From: Diplonema japonicum
Taxonomy: Eukaryota > Protista > Euglenozoa: Diplonemea
Assembly: GCA_964019335.1 (NCBI GenBank)
Contig: OZ025707.1
Coordinates: forward strand, 248,001-312,000
Reading direction: 5' to 3'
Length of the DNA: 64,000 bases
A program made the position numbers and the translations under genes. The notes beneath the pieces were generated by a model. That model worked only from the letters and a program-made list of their open reading frames with translations, was not told the origin of the DNA and searched no databases. Shown one piece after another: positions 46,546-57,972 of this stretch (position 1 is the first letter of the stretch; each line of letters begins with the position of its first letter).

Positions 46546-46875
46546 TTTGCTTTTTATTCCCACTTGCAATATCATTTCAGACACCCCCTGTGGAACTGAC
46601 CTGACCAGCCCACCTCCCGTAGTTTCAGCCATTTTCCTCCCACCACTTCATGGTTTTTATATAAAAACTTTATTTTATTCGACTTTCTGTTTTCGTATGC
46701 AGTATTTATCCCTCTTCACCTGTTTTTTTATTGTTTTCGCTTTTTATTCCCACTTGCAATATCATTTTTAGGTGCCCCTTTTGTCGATGTCAGACGAGGG
46801 TGAGCCACTTACATTACCTTTTCCTTTAAGCAACTTCTGGTACGTGGGAGGGTCTTCTTGAGGATGTCAGTCACT
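46546..46875 (+). mobile_element. Relics of related PLE 3' ends
   Basis: 46676-46771 resembles 45744-45836; 46546-46580 repeats its end; 46836-46874 matches 45692-45729. Confidence 0.6.
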
Positions 46876-47040
46876 TCTTTTTTTGAGAACAAGGGGGCGT
46901 CTCACAAAAACTTCCTTTAACTCATATATTTCTTATTCGACTTAAAGTCCCCCCCCCCCCCCCCCCCCCTTGTACTGCTTTTTTGTTATTATTTTCCTTC
47001 TTTCCCTCTTAAAACACACATTCAGAAAACCAGCTACTTG

Positions 47041-47120
47041 CACAACAACAACAAACATGCACCCACCTGCTGCGAACAACACCACCCTCACAAAAGAGGA
47101 GGGGAGGGTTGCCTGGTCAG
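47041..47120 (+). pseudogene. 5' stub of a stand-alone ankyrin-module gene (MHPPAANNTTLTKEEGR)
   Basis: (CAA)n leader and ATG at 47057, followed by sequence near-identical to 30197-30250. Confidence 0.6.
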
Positions 47121-47147
47121 TCCATCGGATACGAATTTATTATAGTG

Positions 47148-47250
47148 CGACATGATCAGACTGGAACGGCCGCCCCGGGGCATCCTCTGCTCAACCCGGC
47201 GGACGTGGGAGGCCCTTCTTCGGAAGGTGCCAGTCGCTTGATCAGTGTCG
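47148..47250. other. GC-rich multi-stem structured segment
   Basis: Outer stem cgacatgatca-gactgg / ccagtc-gct-tgatcagtgtcg; inner stems ccgccccggg..cccggcgg and ccttc-ttcg-gaagg. Confidence 0.35.
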
Positions 47251-47524
47251 TCGAATGCGCGCTATATTTTATAATTATGTTTACATCAATCGATCGAAAA
47301 CAGAAGAACGCACACCAAGAGCTCATAGTTTCTTCCACGAACGGTCGTTTCGATGCTCTCCGGGGCCTTAGGAAAAAAAAGATTTTTTTCTGACAGGTTT
47401 TGGCATGTTAGAATTCTTCCTTAGGATAAGACCGGCTTTTTTTGAAATTTCCCTTAGAGATGGACAGGCAGGACGGCAAGATAGCACAGTAGCGGAGATG
47501 GGGAGGAACTGAGACGCCGTTATG

Positions 47525-47596
47525 AGTGAAGATTCTCGTTGTGGACAACATCCCATCAATGTCGCTGTGGTGGAGAAACGGTTGGCGGCGATGGGG
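47525..47596 (+). pseudogene. REC-domain fragment of the duplicated response-regulator gene
   Basis: Matches 48613-48685 (VKILVVD..VVEKRLAAMG) with a 1-nt deletion. Confidence 0.8.
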
Positions 47597-47830
47597 AACT
47601 CTACATTTCTTTTTTTTAAGCCGAGGTTTCGTGGGATAATGGCGTAGACCTCGTTTCTTGGAACTACAACACCACCCGTCTTCCGTTGGGCAACTTCGTA
47701 AGTGCTGGCGCTTTTTCGCTTGAGTTATATAAAATGTTTTTTTTTTTCTTTCCCCTCCCCTTTCTTCTTTTAATGCTTCAACAACTAAAAAAAAACTACA
47801 CCTCCAGGCAGTCTCCCACCCCTCCCCCTC

Positions 47831-48988
47831 ATGGATGGGCGCGACGAGGAGACAGACCTAGCATATGTGAACTGGGAGGGGTTGGAAGAATGGATGAGGG
47901 AGGCCTTCAAAGGTCTGTTCCTGACACCGATGGGGATGGGCGCCGTGCACTATTTCAAGGAGGTGTCGATGGGCGACGATGCTGTGAAGGTGCTGGCCGT
48001 CACAAGAGAGAGCATAATGCTGTTCACCAAGGAGTGCGGGCTGCAAGGCGTTGTGGCAATCGGTTCGGTGGTAGCGTGCGTGTGCGGGTTGGAAGGCTGG
48101 GTCGCCGTGCACACCGAAGACAGGTGCCTGGCGTTCCAGTGCAAAGACCAACAACAATTTATCCGGCCCGTCTTCAACCTCTTCAGGCATCTGACGAAAA
48201 AACAGCTTCCTTTGAGCAACTCTGCTACTGTGTACCCTGCAATCTGCGAGGGCGTCTCTGAATGCAGCCCCCCTCGATCGAAACGCCCTGTTGTACAGGT
48301 TAGCCATCTCCGTGCCATACCCCTCGTCAACGACGTTCCCTTGGAAGGGAAGGACTGTGGAAGCTACTACCAGGTGACGGAGCAGCCACCGCACGATGGC
48401 GAACGGGAGAAGGAGATTGTTGTGAGAAATCGTAACGCGGCAGTTCCTGTAGAGGTGTATGAGAGGTTGGACAAACAGGACAGTAAGATTGCACAGTTGG
48501 AGGAAATCATCAAGAATATGCAAGCGGAGATGGAGGAACTGAGAGGGAAGGTGACATCGGCCCCGAAGCATGATTTGCAAACAGAACCGCTTATGCCAGG
48601 CCCCACGCGTCAAGTGAAGATTCTCGTTGTGGACGACATCCCCATCAATGTCACTGTGGTGGAGAAACGGTTGGCAGCGATGGGGTTCGATTGCATCACA
48701 TCATGCCACGCTTCACAACAGGCAACTACGTTGCTCAACACCTCATGTTTCGACCTCATCTTCCTCGACACTGATATGCCTTACCTTTCAGGGTACCACC
48801 TCTTGTCGTACATCCGCGCGAACCCCACGCATATTAACCACTCGTCACTTTTCATTTCGCTTATCTTGGACCCGTCGCCGATCGACAGGGACAAGTCCCG
48901 TGCAGCGGGGTTCGATGGCTGTGTTCCGAAACCAGTGGAGACCCCTGTGTTGAAAAAGCTGGTGATGAGCTTAGTGAAACGTATTTAG
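47831..48988 (+). CDS. PH-like domain + coiled coil + response-regulator receiver domain protein
   Basis: ILVVDD, DLIFLDTDMP (phospho-acceptor Asp), GFDGCVPKP; N-terminal KVLAVTRESIMLF is PH-like. Confidence 0.8.
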   Translation: MDGRDEETDLAYVNWEGLEEWMREAFKGLFLTPMGMGAVHYFKEVSMGDDAVKVLAVTRESIMLFTKECGLQGVVAIGSVVACVCGLEGWVAVHTEDRCLAFQCKDQQQFIRPVFNLFRHLTKKQLPLSNSATVYPAICEGVSECSPPRSKRPVVQVSHLRAIPLVNDVPLEGKDCGSYYQVTEQPPHDGEREKEIVVRNRNAAVPVEVYERLDKQDSKIAQLEEIIKNMQAEMEELRGKVTSAPKHDLQTEPLMPGPTRQVKILVVDDIPINVTVVEKRLAAMGFDCITSCHASQQATTLLNTSCFDLIFLDTDMPYLSGYHLLSYIRANPTHINHSSLFISLILDPSPIDRDKSRAAGFDGCVPKPVETPVLKKLVMSLVKRI

Positions 48989-49387
48989 AGTCTTTTTTTT
49001 TTGTAGGCGATCCTGTCACATACTGCAGGTTCCCTTCAAAGACATCTTTTTTTTTTCTTTCTCCCCCCTTCCCCCCCACTTTTGTTATTATTTTTGTTGG
49101 CTGAGGCTTCTCGACTTCTAGCTTTGTCAGCAGCCTGATCACCCGCTCTTCCATCTCCTGTTGACGTAGCTGCTGTGTTTTCATTTGTTCGTTCTGCTGG
49201 TTCCATTGCTCCTTTTGTAGTCTTTGCCAGTTTTGTTGAATTCCCTCCTGTTGTTCTTGCGGACTTTTGCATTCGGCATCATCCTCTTTGCATTCGGCAT
49301 CATCCTCTTTGTGTGCAGCCTTCCCATAAGATTTTTGGTTCGTTTTGTCGTTGATTTTCTTAGGGCGAAATCCGGGTTGATCCGCTG

Positions 49388-49438
<51 letters not shown>

Positions 49439-49485
49439 AAAAAAGGAAAAAAGAAGGCGGAGAAAAAAAAAAGAAAAAAAAGGAA

Positions 49486-50352
49486 ATGGAGGTGGTATCC
49501 GAAGCAATCAGCGGACTGTACGCCTACGCAGATCCTTTGAACGAGAGGTGGGTGTTGTTTTGGCAAACAGCCGTTGTGGACAACACCACGGAGTGGTTTC
49601 GCACCTGCATGCTATCGACGGCAACGTTTCTCGTGATATTCTGGATGCTCGCGGTCCCGGCTGTTTTCGTGAACTTTTTCCCGCAGCTCAACCCCATCGA
49701 GAGGTGGAAGATACAGAAGGGAGGGTACTTGACCCTCGAAAAAACTGCATCAATGATTTCACTGGTCCTCTTCAACCAAGCCATGACAGTGGGCATCCAA
49801 TACCTTTTATACGACACCGTGAAGGACCAGGTTATTACAGAGACAGACGGTCTGCCGCATGTTGTAACAATGGGTTTTTACATGTTTTTGAGTATGATTG
49901 GTTACGACGTGTTTTTCTTCATTGTTCATTGTTTAATGCACACAAAATGGCTTTATTATAATTGCCACCAGACGCACCACACTGTGAAGCATACTACTGT
50001 TTTGACTGCTGCGTACTTTCATCCTGTTGACTACATTCTGACGACGTTGTCGGCATTTATCACGCCGGCGCTGCTGTCCCCGCACGTTGCCGTGCAGTGG
50101 TGCTTTGGTATTATCTTGGTACTCGAATCGTCAAACGCCCACTGTGGGTTTCGCATCCCGTTCACCCCCGACTCCAGGGACCATGACTTCCACCACTCTC
50201 ATTCTAGTTACGCCAATGTGAAGTATCGATTTGTGAACATGGGGGCATTCTTTTTAATCTGCGACAGACTGTTCGGAACCCGCGAGCCATGCTTGAAATG
50301 GTGGAGGGAAACCGAGGCAGAGCTGGCGGAAACGAACAAAAAAGCTAACTGA
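49486..50352 (+). CDS. Fatty acid hydroxylase/sterol desaturase family (methylsterol oxidase-like)
   Basis: His boxes HCLMH, HQTHH, HDFHH; YFHPVD; DRLFGT; TM segments. Confidence 0.88.
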   Translation: MEVVSEAISGLYAYADPLNERWVLFWQTAVVDNTTEWFRTCMLSTATFLVIFWMLAVPAVFVNFFPQLNPIERWKIQKGGYLTLEKTASMISLVLFNQAMTVGIQYLLYDTVKDQVITETDGLPHVVTMGFYMFLSMIGYDVFFFIVHCLMHTKWLYYNCHQTHHTVKHTTVLTAAYFHPVDYILTTLSAFITPALLSPHVAVQWCFGIILVLESSNAHCGFRIPFTPDSRDHDFHHSHSSYANVKYRFVNMGAFFLICDRLFGTREPCLKWWRETEAELAETNKKAN

Positions 50353-50632
50353 AAAAAAAAAAAAAAAAAAAAAAGAAAAAAAAAGATTGACAGTGTTGAG
50401 GGGGGGGGGGGGGGGGGGGGGGTGCTTATACCCCGAAAGCACCATTTTCTCGTCAAAAAAAATAATGGTTTTTTTTTTTTTTTTATGGAAACCCGCCGGG
50501 AAGCCACCTTGAACCAACATGTTTTTTTTTGTAGAGATTTCTTTTTTTTTATTAGTATTTATTTCACCCTTTCCCCTCCCAACGCACCTTTCTTTTCTGA
50601 TGATAAACAACCAGGCGTGTGTAGTACTTGTG

Positions 50633-50663
<31 letters not shown>

Positions 50664-51514
50664 TCGTTCCACTCTCTCTCGCCCCCCCCTCCCAAAAAAA
50701 AGAAAGAAAAGTTCCCAAAGCCACCGTAGTCATCCCTGCATCGCCGTTGTAGCCTGAAACATGGACTTTGCATACAAGCAAAACCAGACTCGCGGCTCGT
50801 GTGGGGCATGGAAAAATGGAGTGTTGATGGAAACGTTCCTTGTTTGTCACTTTGTGTCCAACAGGGCGGAAAAGGGGGGATTCTTTCTTCTTCTTTTTTT
50901 TTTTTTTTTTTTTTAACGAGAAAAAAAAAAAAAACAAAATAAAACGATGTTGAGCCAAATTGTGATGGACAGCTTTTTTGACCTTCCCCCCTCCAAGAAA
51001 GTAGAAAAAAGGTTTTTTCTAGCATTGTGCTCACTAGTGTGTTATGCAAAAAAAAAAAAAAAGCAGCTCGGGGGGGGAGGAAAAAAAAAAGGGAAAAAAA
51101 ATAATTTTTTTTTGTCATTCAATGGGAACCAACAAAAAAAAAATTGCGGCTACGTTTCTTCTTCTTCTTCTTTTTTTTTTTTTTTTTTTTTTTTTTTGAA
51201 TCTCATGTTGGGATACCTCTGTATACCATCGGCGGTTACAGTGACAAGAAGGGGAGGGGGGGGGTCTCACAAGGACCTCCTTTTAACATATTTTCTTTTT
51301 CTGAAGTTTCGTGAAAAAAAAACCCCAGAACAGGCTAGACCGCCATCAACCGTCTACATAAGACGCTGATACCCAGAACCGAAAGAGGCGCTCCCAGAAA
51401 AGGAGCATCAAAATTACCTTCTTTTTCTTTTCTCCCCCCCCCCCCCATTGTCCGGCTGAGAAACCACCAAAAAAAAAAGGAAAACCAAAAAAAAAAAAAA
51501 ATGTCCACAAGAAA

Positions 51515-54500
51515 ATGACGGCAATCACTTCAATACGTGTATTACTATGTCTAACCATCGTGACGGGGATAGTGGCTCCCGCTACTAACGCGGAGAAAAA
51601 TGCTCTCGAGGACCTGTACAGGTCGACCTTCAACAAAAACATAGGCGGCCAGAAGAGGACGTGGAACAGGTACAACAATTGGATGAAAAACGATCCGTGC
51701 GACGGGAAGTGGCAAGGGGTCACGTGTACGTTCTGCCCGTCATGCAGAGTCACTAAAATATCGCTGTATAACAACCAGTTAAGAGGTTCCCTCCCAGCTT
51801 CTCTAAAGGTCTTAACTAAACTCCGTCACCTCGACCTCGGTGTCAACTCATATGGCGACCCACCAGATGACATGCTATCTGGTATGACGGAGTTGGAATT
51901 TCTAAGATTGGGGAACTCCCTCTCAGGTATTCTACAGGACTGGACGTCCAGTAGGAAAACGCTTACATTCATTGAGATCAACGGAGCGATGTCCGGGACA
52001 CTGCCGTTGGCGTACCTCGACCTTCCCAACATTAACGATTTTCGTTTGTACAGTACAAAGCTGACTGGGGGCATACCTTCTTTTGACCCCTTGCGAAACG
52101 CAGAACATATTCGCTTGGCGTACAACAGGAATCTGTACGGTACTGTCCCCTCGTTGGACAAGCTGACGAATTTGAAAACTCTGCGTATTACAAACTGCCG
52201 TGTGTCTGGAACGCTTCCCCCGTTCACGTCTCTGACAAAAATCGTCGACGTAAATTTGTGGAGAAACAGCTTATCCGGTACCGTTCCTGACTTTCCGGTG
52301 AAAGCGCTGGACACATTGGAGCATTTCGACGCGGAGGAAAACGTGTTTCAGGAGTTCAGTATGTACGAGAATCGCCCCGCCCCCGGCGTGTTCAAAAAGT
52401 TGAAATACCTCAACATGGAGGAGAACATCCTCACGGGGACCGTTCCGTGTCATAGAACCGCGTTTCCCGCACTTGCGGAATGGATTTCCGACAGGAATTT
52501 CTTGACGGGGACGATCCCGTGTCTCGACGACTTCGCCGGGCTTTCAAAACTACAGTTATCTGCAAACAGTTTCACCGGTACATTGCCCGATACAAAACCC
52601 GCTGGTATCTCCTCTCTCAGCCTGAATCGAAACAAGCTGAGCGGGACCATACCTTTCAACTTCGTCAATAATCTTATCGCAGCGAACACCATTGCATTGG
52701 GCGCGAATTGTTTCAGCGGTACCGTTCCGAATATGCCTAATCTTCCTTCGTTGGAGAATCTCTACCTCCACAGGAATTCCGAGTGGAAGCCGATGAAGCC
52801 CGTGCGGATCGAACCGCAGGAGTTCGAAGACCTCGCGATGGACGGTGATCAGAACACGGAGTACACCTGCACGCCCCCGAAATGTTCCATTCTCATCGAC
52901 TTCGGTGAAGACGTATGTGTCGAGGCGATGGTGTCAACATTTCCTGTGGACATTGACACGTCCCTTCCCATCTCCCGTCGGACGGCAGGCGTCGTCACGG
53001 ATATAAGGTTTTACCAAGGAAGGAAGAGCTTCGATTCTGCAGAAACGATACAGCCGATGACGTACCACTCGCATCCTGATGATTATATATGGAACGTTAA
53101 TGCGCCAGGGGCGGAGCACGTGATGTCCCGGCACGTGGTGCATGATGATAAGCTGGACGCGTGGCCGCCTTACTGTCAGGTCAAAACGAGGTACTATCGG
53201 TTGGACCTTACCAGTTGCCACGGGAAACCCTGTCGAATTCCTGAATGGACGTTCTATTCTGGGCAGCGGTTGTCCGGCAGCATCCCGTCGTTCGCTGGGC
53301 TTCCAAAACTTGATACGTTTCACATTTACGGGAACAACATGTCGGGGGTCCTTCCGGATGTGTCCGGGAACGATTGGGAAGGGTCCCTTCGCGTCGAGGA
53401 CAACCAGCTGACTGGCATCAACAACACGGATTTCTGCCCGCACTTCCGGGTGTTGAACGAGCTGCGCTTCGACCACAATTTGATCACAGGCACGATCCCT
53501 CCATGGGAATGCATGAAGGAGATTCAGAAAATCTCCGTCGGAGCGAACCCCCTCACCGGAACGCTGCCGCCAGTAACAAGCAGTGCGTTGAAGGACCTGT
53601 ATGCAGAGGAGACCGCTTGCTGTGTTGGGTGGGAACATGAGAGGTTGCAGTCGAAAACAAAAATATACCCGTGGAACCTTGCCACGGACTGCCCGAGGTG
53701 TGACACGGGACTTGAAGGACACCTGCTACCGTGGACGGGCATTCCAAACCTCGAAAGAATAGTTGTTGACGACAATGAGCTGTCGGGCACGGTGGGCAAC
53801 GTGGGCGTTCTGACTAAACTGGAAACGTTTTCCATCATATCGAACAAGCTGGCGGGGACGCTTCCGTACACAGAAATGATAGTGGCGGGAAATGGTACCA
53901 CTTCATGCGTGACCACGGCATGGCACATGGGGGACAACAGCTTTTGGGGCCCTGTTCCAAACATCAAGCAACCCTTGACAACACGGTCCTGCAACATGGG
54001 GAGGTACGAATGCAGGTGCGGGCGCTACACGCACAGCAACGACGGGCGGAAGATCTACCACCTTCAGTTCGACAACAACTACCTGTGGGGCCCCGCACCG
54101 ACCAACGTAGAGCGAACCATCAGCCACGTCATCTACAACGAAAACTGCTGGAACTGCCCCTTGCTGCCGAAGGCAATATGGAACGCCTCATGCTTGCTCA
54201 ACGAACCAGGGCCCTGCTTCACGGACGAGAAGAAGAAGACACGAACATCTCCTGAGCCAACATGGACGGGAGGCTATGGATCCGTAAAAGGCCTCACCCG
54301 CCCTCCAGTGTGCACAGAACCACCTGCTGAGAGATATTCACAGGAAGGTCCATCATGCATACCGGAACCGAAAGACTCACTTTATGAACATGTCACACGT
54401 TGCCAGACAATGCTGTACCTGAACAGGACATTGCGAGAGGACGAGGTGAGGTCTGGGAAGATAACACCGCCGATCACGATAACATTCAATGACGGGGCTG

Positions 54501-55891
54501 TTCTGCCATACTTCGCGCCGTCGATGTGGGACTGCACCCTCCCGGAGGCCGCGACCCCGTTGGGACCGAGAGGGATCGACTTCACACAACCCATGCGAAA
54601 CACCCTTTTCGACGACACCGTCTCCGGCTCACCAGAGACCACGGAACCGTTTGGCTGGAACTTCTTTAAAAACGCGTTGATCTCACCAGCAGCGTATTCC
54701 CTGCAGGAAACACACCCGTACATAAAACTACCCACGGAACTTGTAATGGAGATAACGTCGGGAACTAATTACGACATTGCGAACGAAGAGGTGGTTACGG
54801 TGAAGGTGGATCGGAAGATGTTCTTAACACCGTTCGGCCCGGAGGACTACGAGGTCACATTCAACATCATACCAGTTAACGGGACAGTGGTGAGGGACAA
54901 CATCGTGGTTAATGAAAGCGCGGTGAAGGATGACGGTGTTGAGATTATCGTGAAACTTGAAATCGGCGAGACGTGGATGTGCGACGACTGCACAACAACA
55001 ACACCCCTTGGTATCACTGAGGACTGGACGAACGCCACAGATCAAACAAAATGGGCTGTGGAACACACCAGAACATGTTCGTGGAACTGTGCCGTTCCAC
55101 AGAATGCGGGGAAAACCCCATTCCAAGATGTAAAATGCATCGACAACCAGACACTCTCGCTCTTCCTAAAGCTGACCGAGTACAACATAAACGAGGTACA
55201 GTCCGAGACAATCTCCGTCGTTTTTCCTGACACCTGTTTCAAATCAAACCTACAAGCGAAAAACGCGGTTTTTAACATCACAATTGTACCCATAATCGAG
55301 CCCACTTTGACAATCACACCGACTTATTACAAAACTGGTACGGCAACGGAAACGGAAACATCTTCTGTAACTGTGACTCAATCGGTGTCGGTTTCCGTGA
55401 CGATGTCGCGAACTGCGATCCCGCTGCCATTTTGTTACGTGTTTGAAAGCTCTGTGTTATGCTCCGAGAGGTCTTTAGTGGTGGGGAACATGGAGGTGTT
55501 TGGTGCGCTGTTGTTGTTGGGGTTACTTACGGCTGTTTTTTTCTGGCTGTTTTGCACACGAAAACCTCCTCCTATTGACGTAACCGTCGACCGGGTTCAG
55601 GTTACCGTTGAAGAACCAAAACCGCCTCTTCCCTGTGTTATGATAAATGTCAATACCATCCCTCAAGAAGGGGTCAACATTACGGTTCGTAAGAAGGATG
55701 CCGACCCGCCTGGAGGGATTACTGTAACCGCGCGGAAGCAGTTTGATCTCGGGGTTACGATTACAGCGCGGAGCGTTGCACCGGTTGTGGCACCGCCGTC
55801 CAGTACTTCTTCGACACATCCTTTGTTGAACAACACATTTTCTTCATCGGGTTCCGGTGACCGGCCTACATTCAACTCAAAGTTGTTGTGA
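51515..55891 (+). CDS. LRR receptor-like type I membrane protein
   Basis: Signal peptide; LRRNT (EKNALEDLY..W..NDPCDGKWQGVTC); NxLSGTIP repeats with an island domain; TM FGALLLLGLLTAVFFWLF; cytoplasmic tail without a kinase. Confidence 0.88.
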   Translation: MTAITSIRVLLCLTIVTGIVAPATNAEKNALEDLYRSTFNKNIGGQKRTWNRYNNWMKNDPCDGKWQGVTCTFCPSCRVTKISLYNNQLRGSLPASLKVLTKLRHLDLGVNSYGDPPDDMLSGMTELEFLRLGNSLSGILQDWTSSRKTLTFIEINGAMSGTLPLAYLDLPNINDFRLYSTKLTGGIPSFDPLRNAEHIRLAYNRNLYGTVPSLDKLTNLKTLRITNCRVSGTLPPFTSLTKIVDVNLWRNSLSGTVPDFPVKALDTLEHFDAEENVFQEFSMYENRPAPGVFKKLKYLNMEENILTGTVPCHRTAFPALAEWISDRNFLTGTIPCLDDFAGLSKLQLSANSFTGTLPDTKPAGISSLSLNRNKLSGTIPFNFVNNLIAANTIALGANCFSGTVPNMPNLPSLENLYLHRNSEWKPMKPVRIEPQEFEDLAMDGDQNTEYTCTPPKCSILIDFGEDVCVEAMVSTFPVDIDTSLPISRRTAGVVTDIRFYQGRKSFDSAETIQPMTYHSHPDDYIWNVNAPGAEHVMSRHVVHDDKLDAWPPYCQVKTRYYRLDLTSCHGKPCRIPEWTFYSGQRLSGSIPSFAGLPKLDTFHIYGNNMSGVLPDVSGNDWEGSLRVEDNQLTGINNTDFCPHFRVLNELRFDHNLITGTIPPWECMKEIQKISVGANPLTGTLPPVTSSALKDLYAEETACCVGWEHERLQSKTKIYPWNLATDCPRCDTGLEGHLLPWTGIPNLERIVVDDNELSGTVGNVGVLTKLETFSIISNKLAGTLPYTEMIVAGNGTTSCVTTAWHMGDNSFWGPVPNIKQPLTTRSCNMGRYECRCGRYTHSNDGRKIYHLQFDNNYLWGPAPTNVERTISHVIYNENCWNCPLLPKAIWNASCLLNEPGPCFTDEKKKTRTSPEPTWTGGYGSVKGLTRPPVCTEPPAERYSQEGPSCIPEPKDSLYEHVTRCQTMLYLNRTLREDEVRSGKITPPITITFNDGAVLPYFAPSMWDCTLPEAATPLGPRGIDFTQPMRNTLFDDTVSGSPETTEPFGWNFFKNALISPAAYSLQETHPYIKLPTELVMEITSGTNYDIANEEVVTVKVDRKMFLTPFGPEDYEVTFNIIPVNGTVVRDNIVVNESAVKDDGVEIIVKLEIGETWMCDDCTTTTPLGITEDWTNATDQTKWAVEHTRTCSWNCAVPQNAGKTPFQDVKCIDNQTLSLFLKLTEYNINEVQSETISVVFPDTCFKSNLQAKNAVFNITIVPIIEPTLTITPTYYKTGTATETETSSVTVTQSVSVSVTMSRTAIPLPFCYVFESSVLCSERSLVVGNMEVFGALLLLGLLTAVFFWLFCTRKPPPIDVTVDRVQVTVEEPKPPLPCVMINVNTIPQEGVNITVRKKDADPPGGITVTARKQFDLGVTITARSVAPVVAPPSSTSSTHPLLNNTFSSSGSGDRPTFNSKLL

Positions 55892-56695
55892 TGGACGGAC
55901 AAGGAGACAAGAAGAAATGAAATAAAAAAATTTTAAAAAAAAAAAAAAAAAAAAAAAAATCCCTCCCCCTTTACTGGGCCATGTGAGTCAGATTGTGGCA
56001 TGTGGTTGTTTTAAGTTTGTGTTATGAATTTGAAAAATAAAAATACGGGGGGGGGGGGTGGAACACTGGATATTTCTATTAAACGACCACCTAACGAAAC
56101 CCTCTCTTGGCAATATTTTTTGCAAGGAATTGAAAACTGGAAGGGGGAGGGGAGAAGGGGGTTTTGCTGAAAAATTCTTGGGAAAAAAAAAATAAAAGAA
56201 AAAAAAATGAGTTCTATAAGAATACGAATGTGAAATGTAAAAAAAAAAAAAAAAAAAAAATGTTATAAAAGAAAATACAATTGTCTTTCCTTTTTCTTTT
56301 TAAAAAAAAAAAAAATGCTAGGGAAATAATTTTACTTTACAAAAACCCGAGGAAAAAAAAAAAGAGAAAAAAAAAATATTCTCAATCAAAAAAGATTTTC
56401 TTTTTCTGTCATCTTTCCTTGGTTCCGTCTCTGGTACGATGCAATAAAAATGTACTTGAAAAAAAAGAGAAACCCCCCCCTCCCCCCATTTCCCCCTTCT
56501 CTTTCTGTTTCCCAAATTCATTTCATTTTGCATCTCCCTCCCTTCCTGTTTCGTTACTTCAACCTTGTGTTCGAAACCCCCCCAAAAAAAACATCGATTT
56601 TTTTTTAATCCAGAAAAAAGAAAAAAAAAAACCCAGCGCACAGCAATACACAAGACACAGGGGCGAGAAAAAAAAAAAAAAAAGCAACAATAAAG

Positions 56696-57793
56696 ATGAA
56701 CCCAGCACGAAAAAATACACTCGCGGTGTTGTGCATGTTGGTGGTATGGAAGAAAAAAAAAAAAAAAAAAAAAAGGTTGCATACTTATCTGTCTTTGGGA
56801 TCTGGCGGGCGGACGACGAGACGACCCGGCATCACATAGCCCACGGCGGCACAGTCGGTGGGTTGGAACCAAGAGAGGCAAAAGACGAAAAAGAATGGAA
56901 AGCTGCGAAATCCGAAAGAACAGGCGGGGTCCTACAGCTCGGAAGCGTCCCGTTTCTAGACCCTCCTTTCGGATATAACAAGTATGGGGGGGAGAAAAAA
57001 AAAAGAAAAAAAAAAAAAAAAAAAAAGGAAACGCAACGTGGAAAGGTGGAAGATGATCTACACCTCTATGCTAGACGACACAAACATAGTATCTGACGAT
57101 TTCAGCCTAGTCGATTATGGGGCGGATGAGGGTTATTTCAGCATTTCTGCAGCGCAAGCGTTTCCCAAGGCGAAGGTCATGGCAGTTGACATGGGTGGTA
57201 AAGGGGGTTCAATCTGGAAGAAAGACCACGATGTTCTTAAAGTTCAGGAGCAAAAAATCAAGCAATACAGAGTCGGCGAGCGTGTGATAATGTGCCAGAC
57301 CGCTGTCACACCCGAACATTTTTTTAAACTAAGCGATGCGTCAACAGGTCATGACTACCAATATGTTTTGTCGGTATTCCACTGGTTTACAATGGAGACG
57401 CGAGCCGATTTCGAAAAAGTTTTGGTGAAACTCTTCAAAAACGCGCGAACAACCTTCATAGAACTCCCGATCGCCGGGGACTTCGGCCCCCGTTTCATGA
57501 AACAAGTCGGATCGAAGCATTTCGTAAAATGGTACGACGGTCGGTCCAACATCGAGCAGATCATCATCGACTCCCTAACTGCGCATGACGTTTCACACAA
57601 AGTAACCATGATCGGGTCTGTAAAGTGGTTTCCCGGTGACAAAGCGAAAGGTGAAAAGGACTGGAACAGAGACGTGTTCAGGGTTGACCTGACCGACTCT
57701 CCACATCCATTCGAGTGTCAAAAACACTTCGATATTTACGGATGCGCCCCTACAACCAACCCCGAACCTGTTGAGTTCAGTAAATGCTCCTAG
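56696..57793 (+). CDS. Type II membrane class I SAM-dependent methyltransferase; exons 56696-56743, 56776-56981, 57028-57793
   Basis: Spliced MNPARKNTLAVLCMLV|VAYLSVFGIW signal anchor; motif I LVDYGADEGYFS, then VMAVD; A-rich introns at 56744-56775 and 56982-57027. Confidence 0.72.
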
Positions 57794-57801
57794 AGAAGGG
57801 G

Positions 57802-57835
<34 letters not shown>

Positions 57836-57921
57836 AAATTCTTTTTTTATTTTATTTTTTATAATAGTAATTTTTTTTATTTGTTAATTTTTTTTTTTCA
57901 TTATACAACGGAAAACACGAG

Positions 57922-57953
<32 letters not shown>

Positions 57954-57972
57954 CAAAGGGTTGGGGTATGAA

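Noticed and set aside
50208-51369. ORF-track ORFs in homopolymer-rich spacers and antisense to long genes
   Set aside because: They are low-complexity K/F-rich translations or shadow frames.
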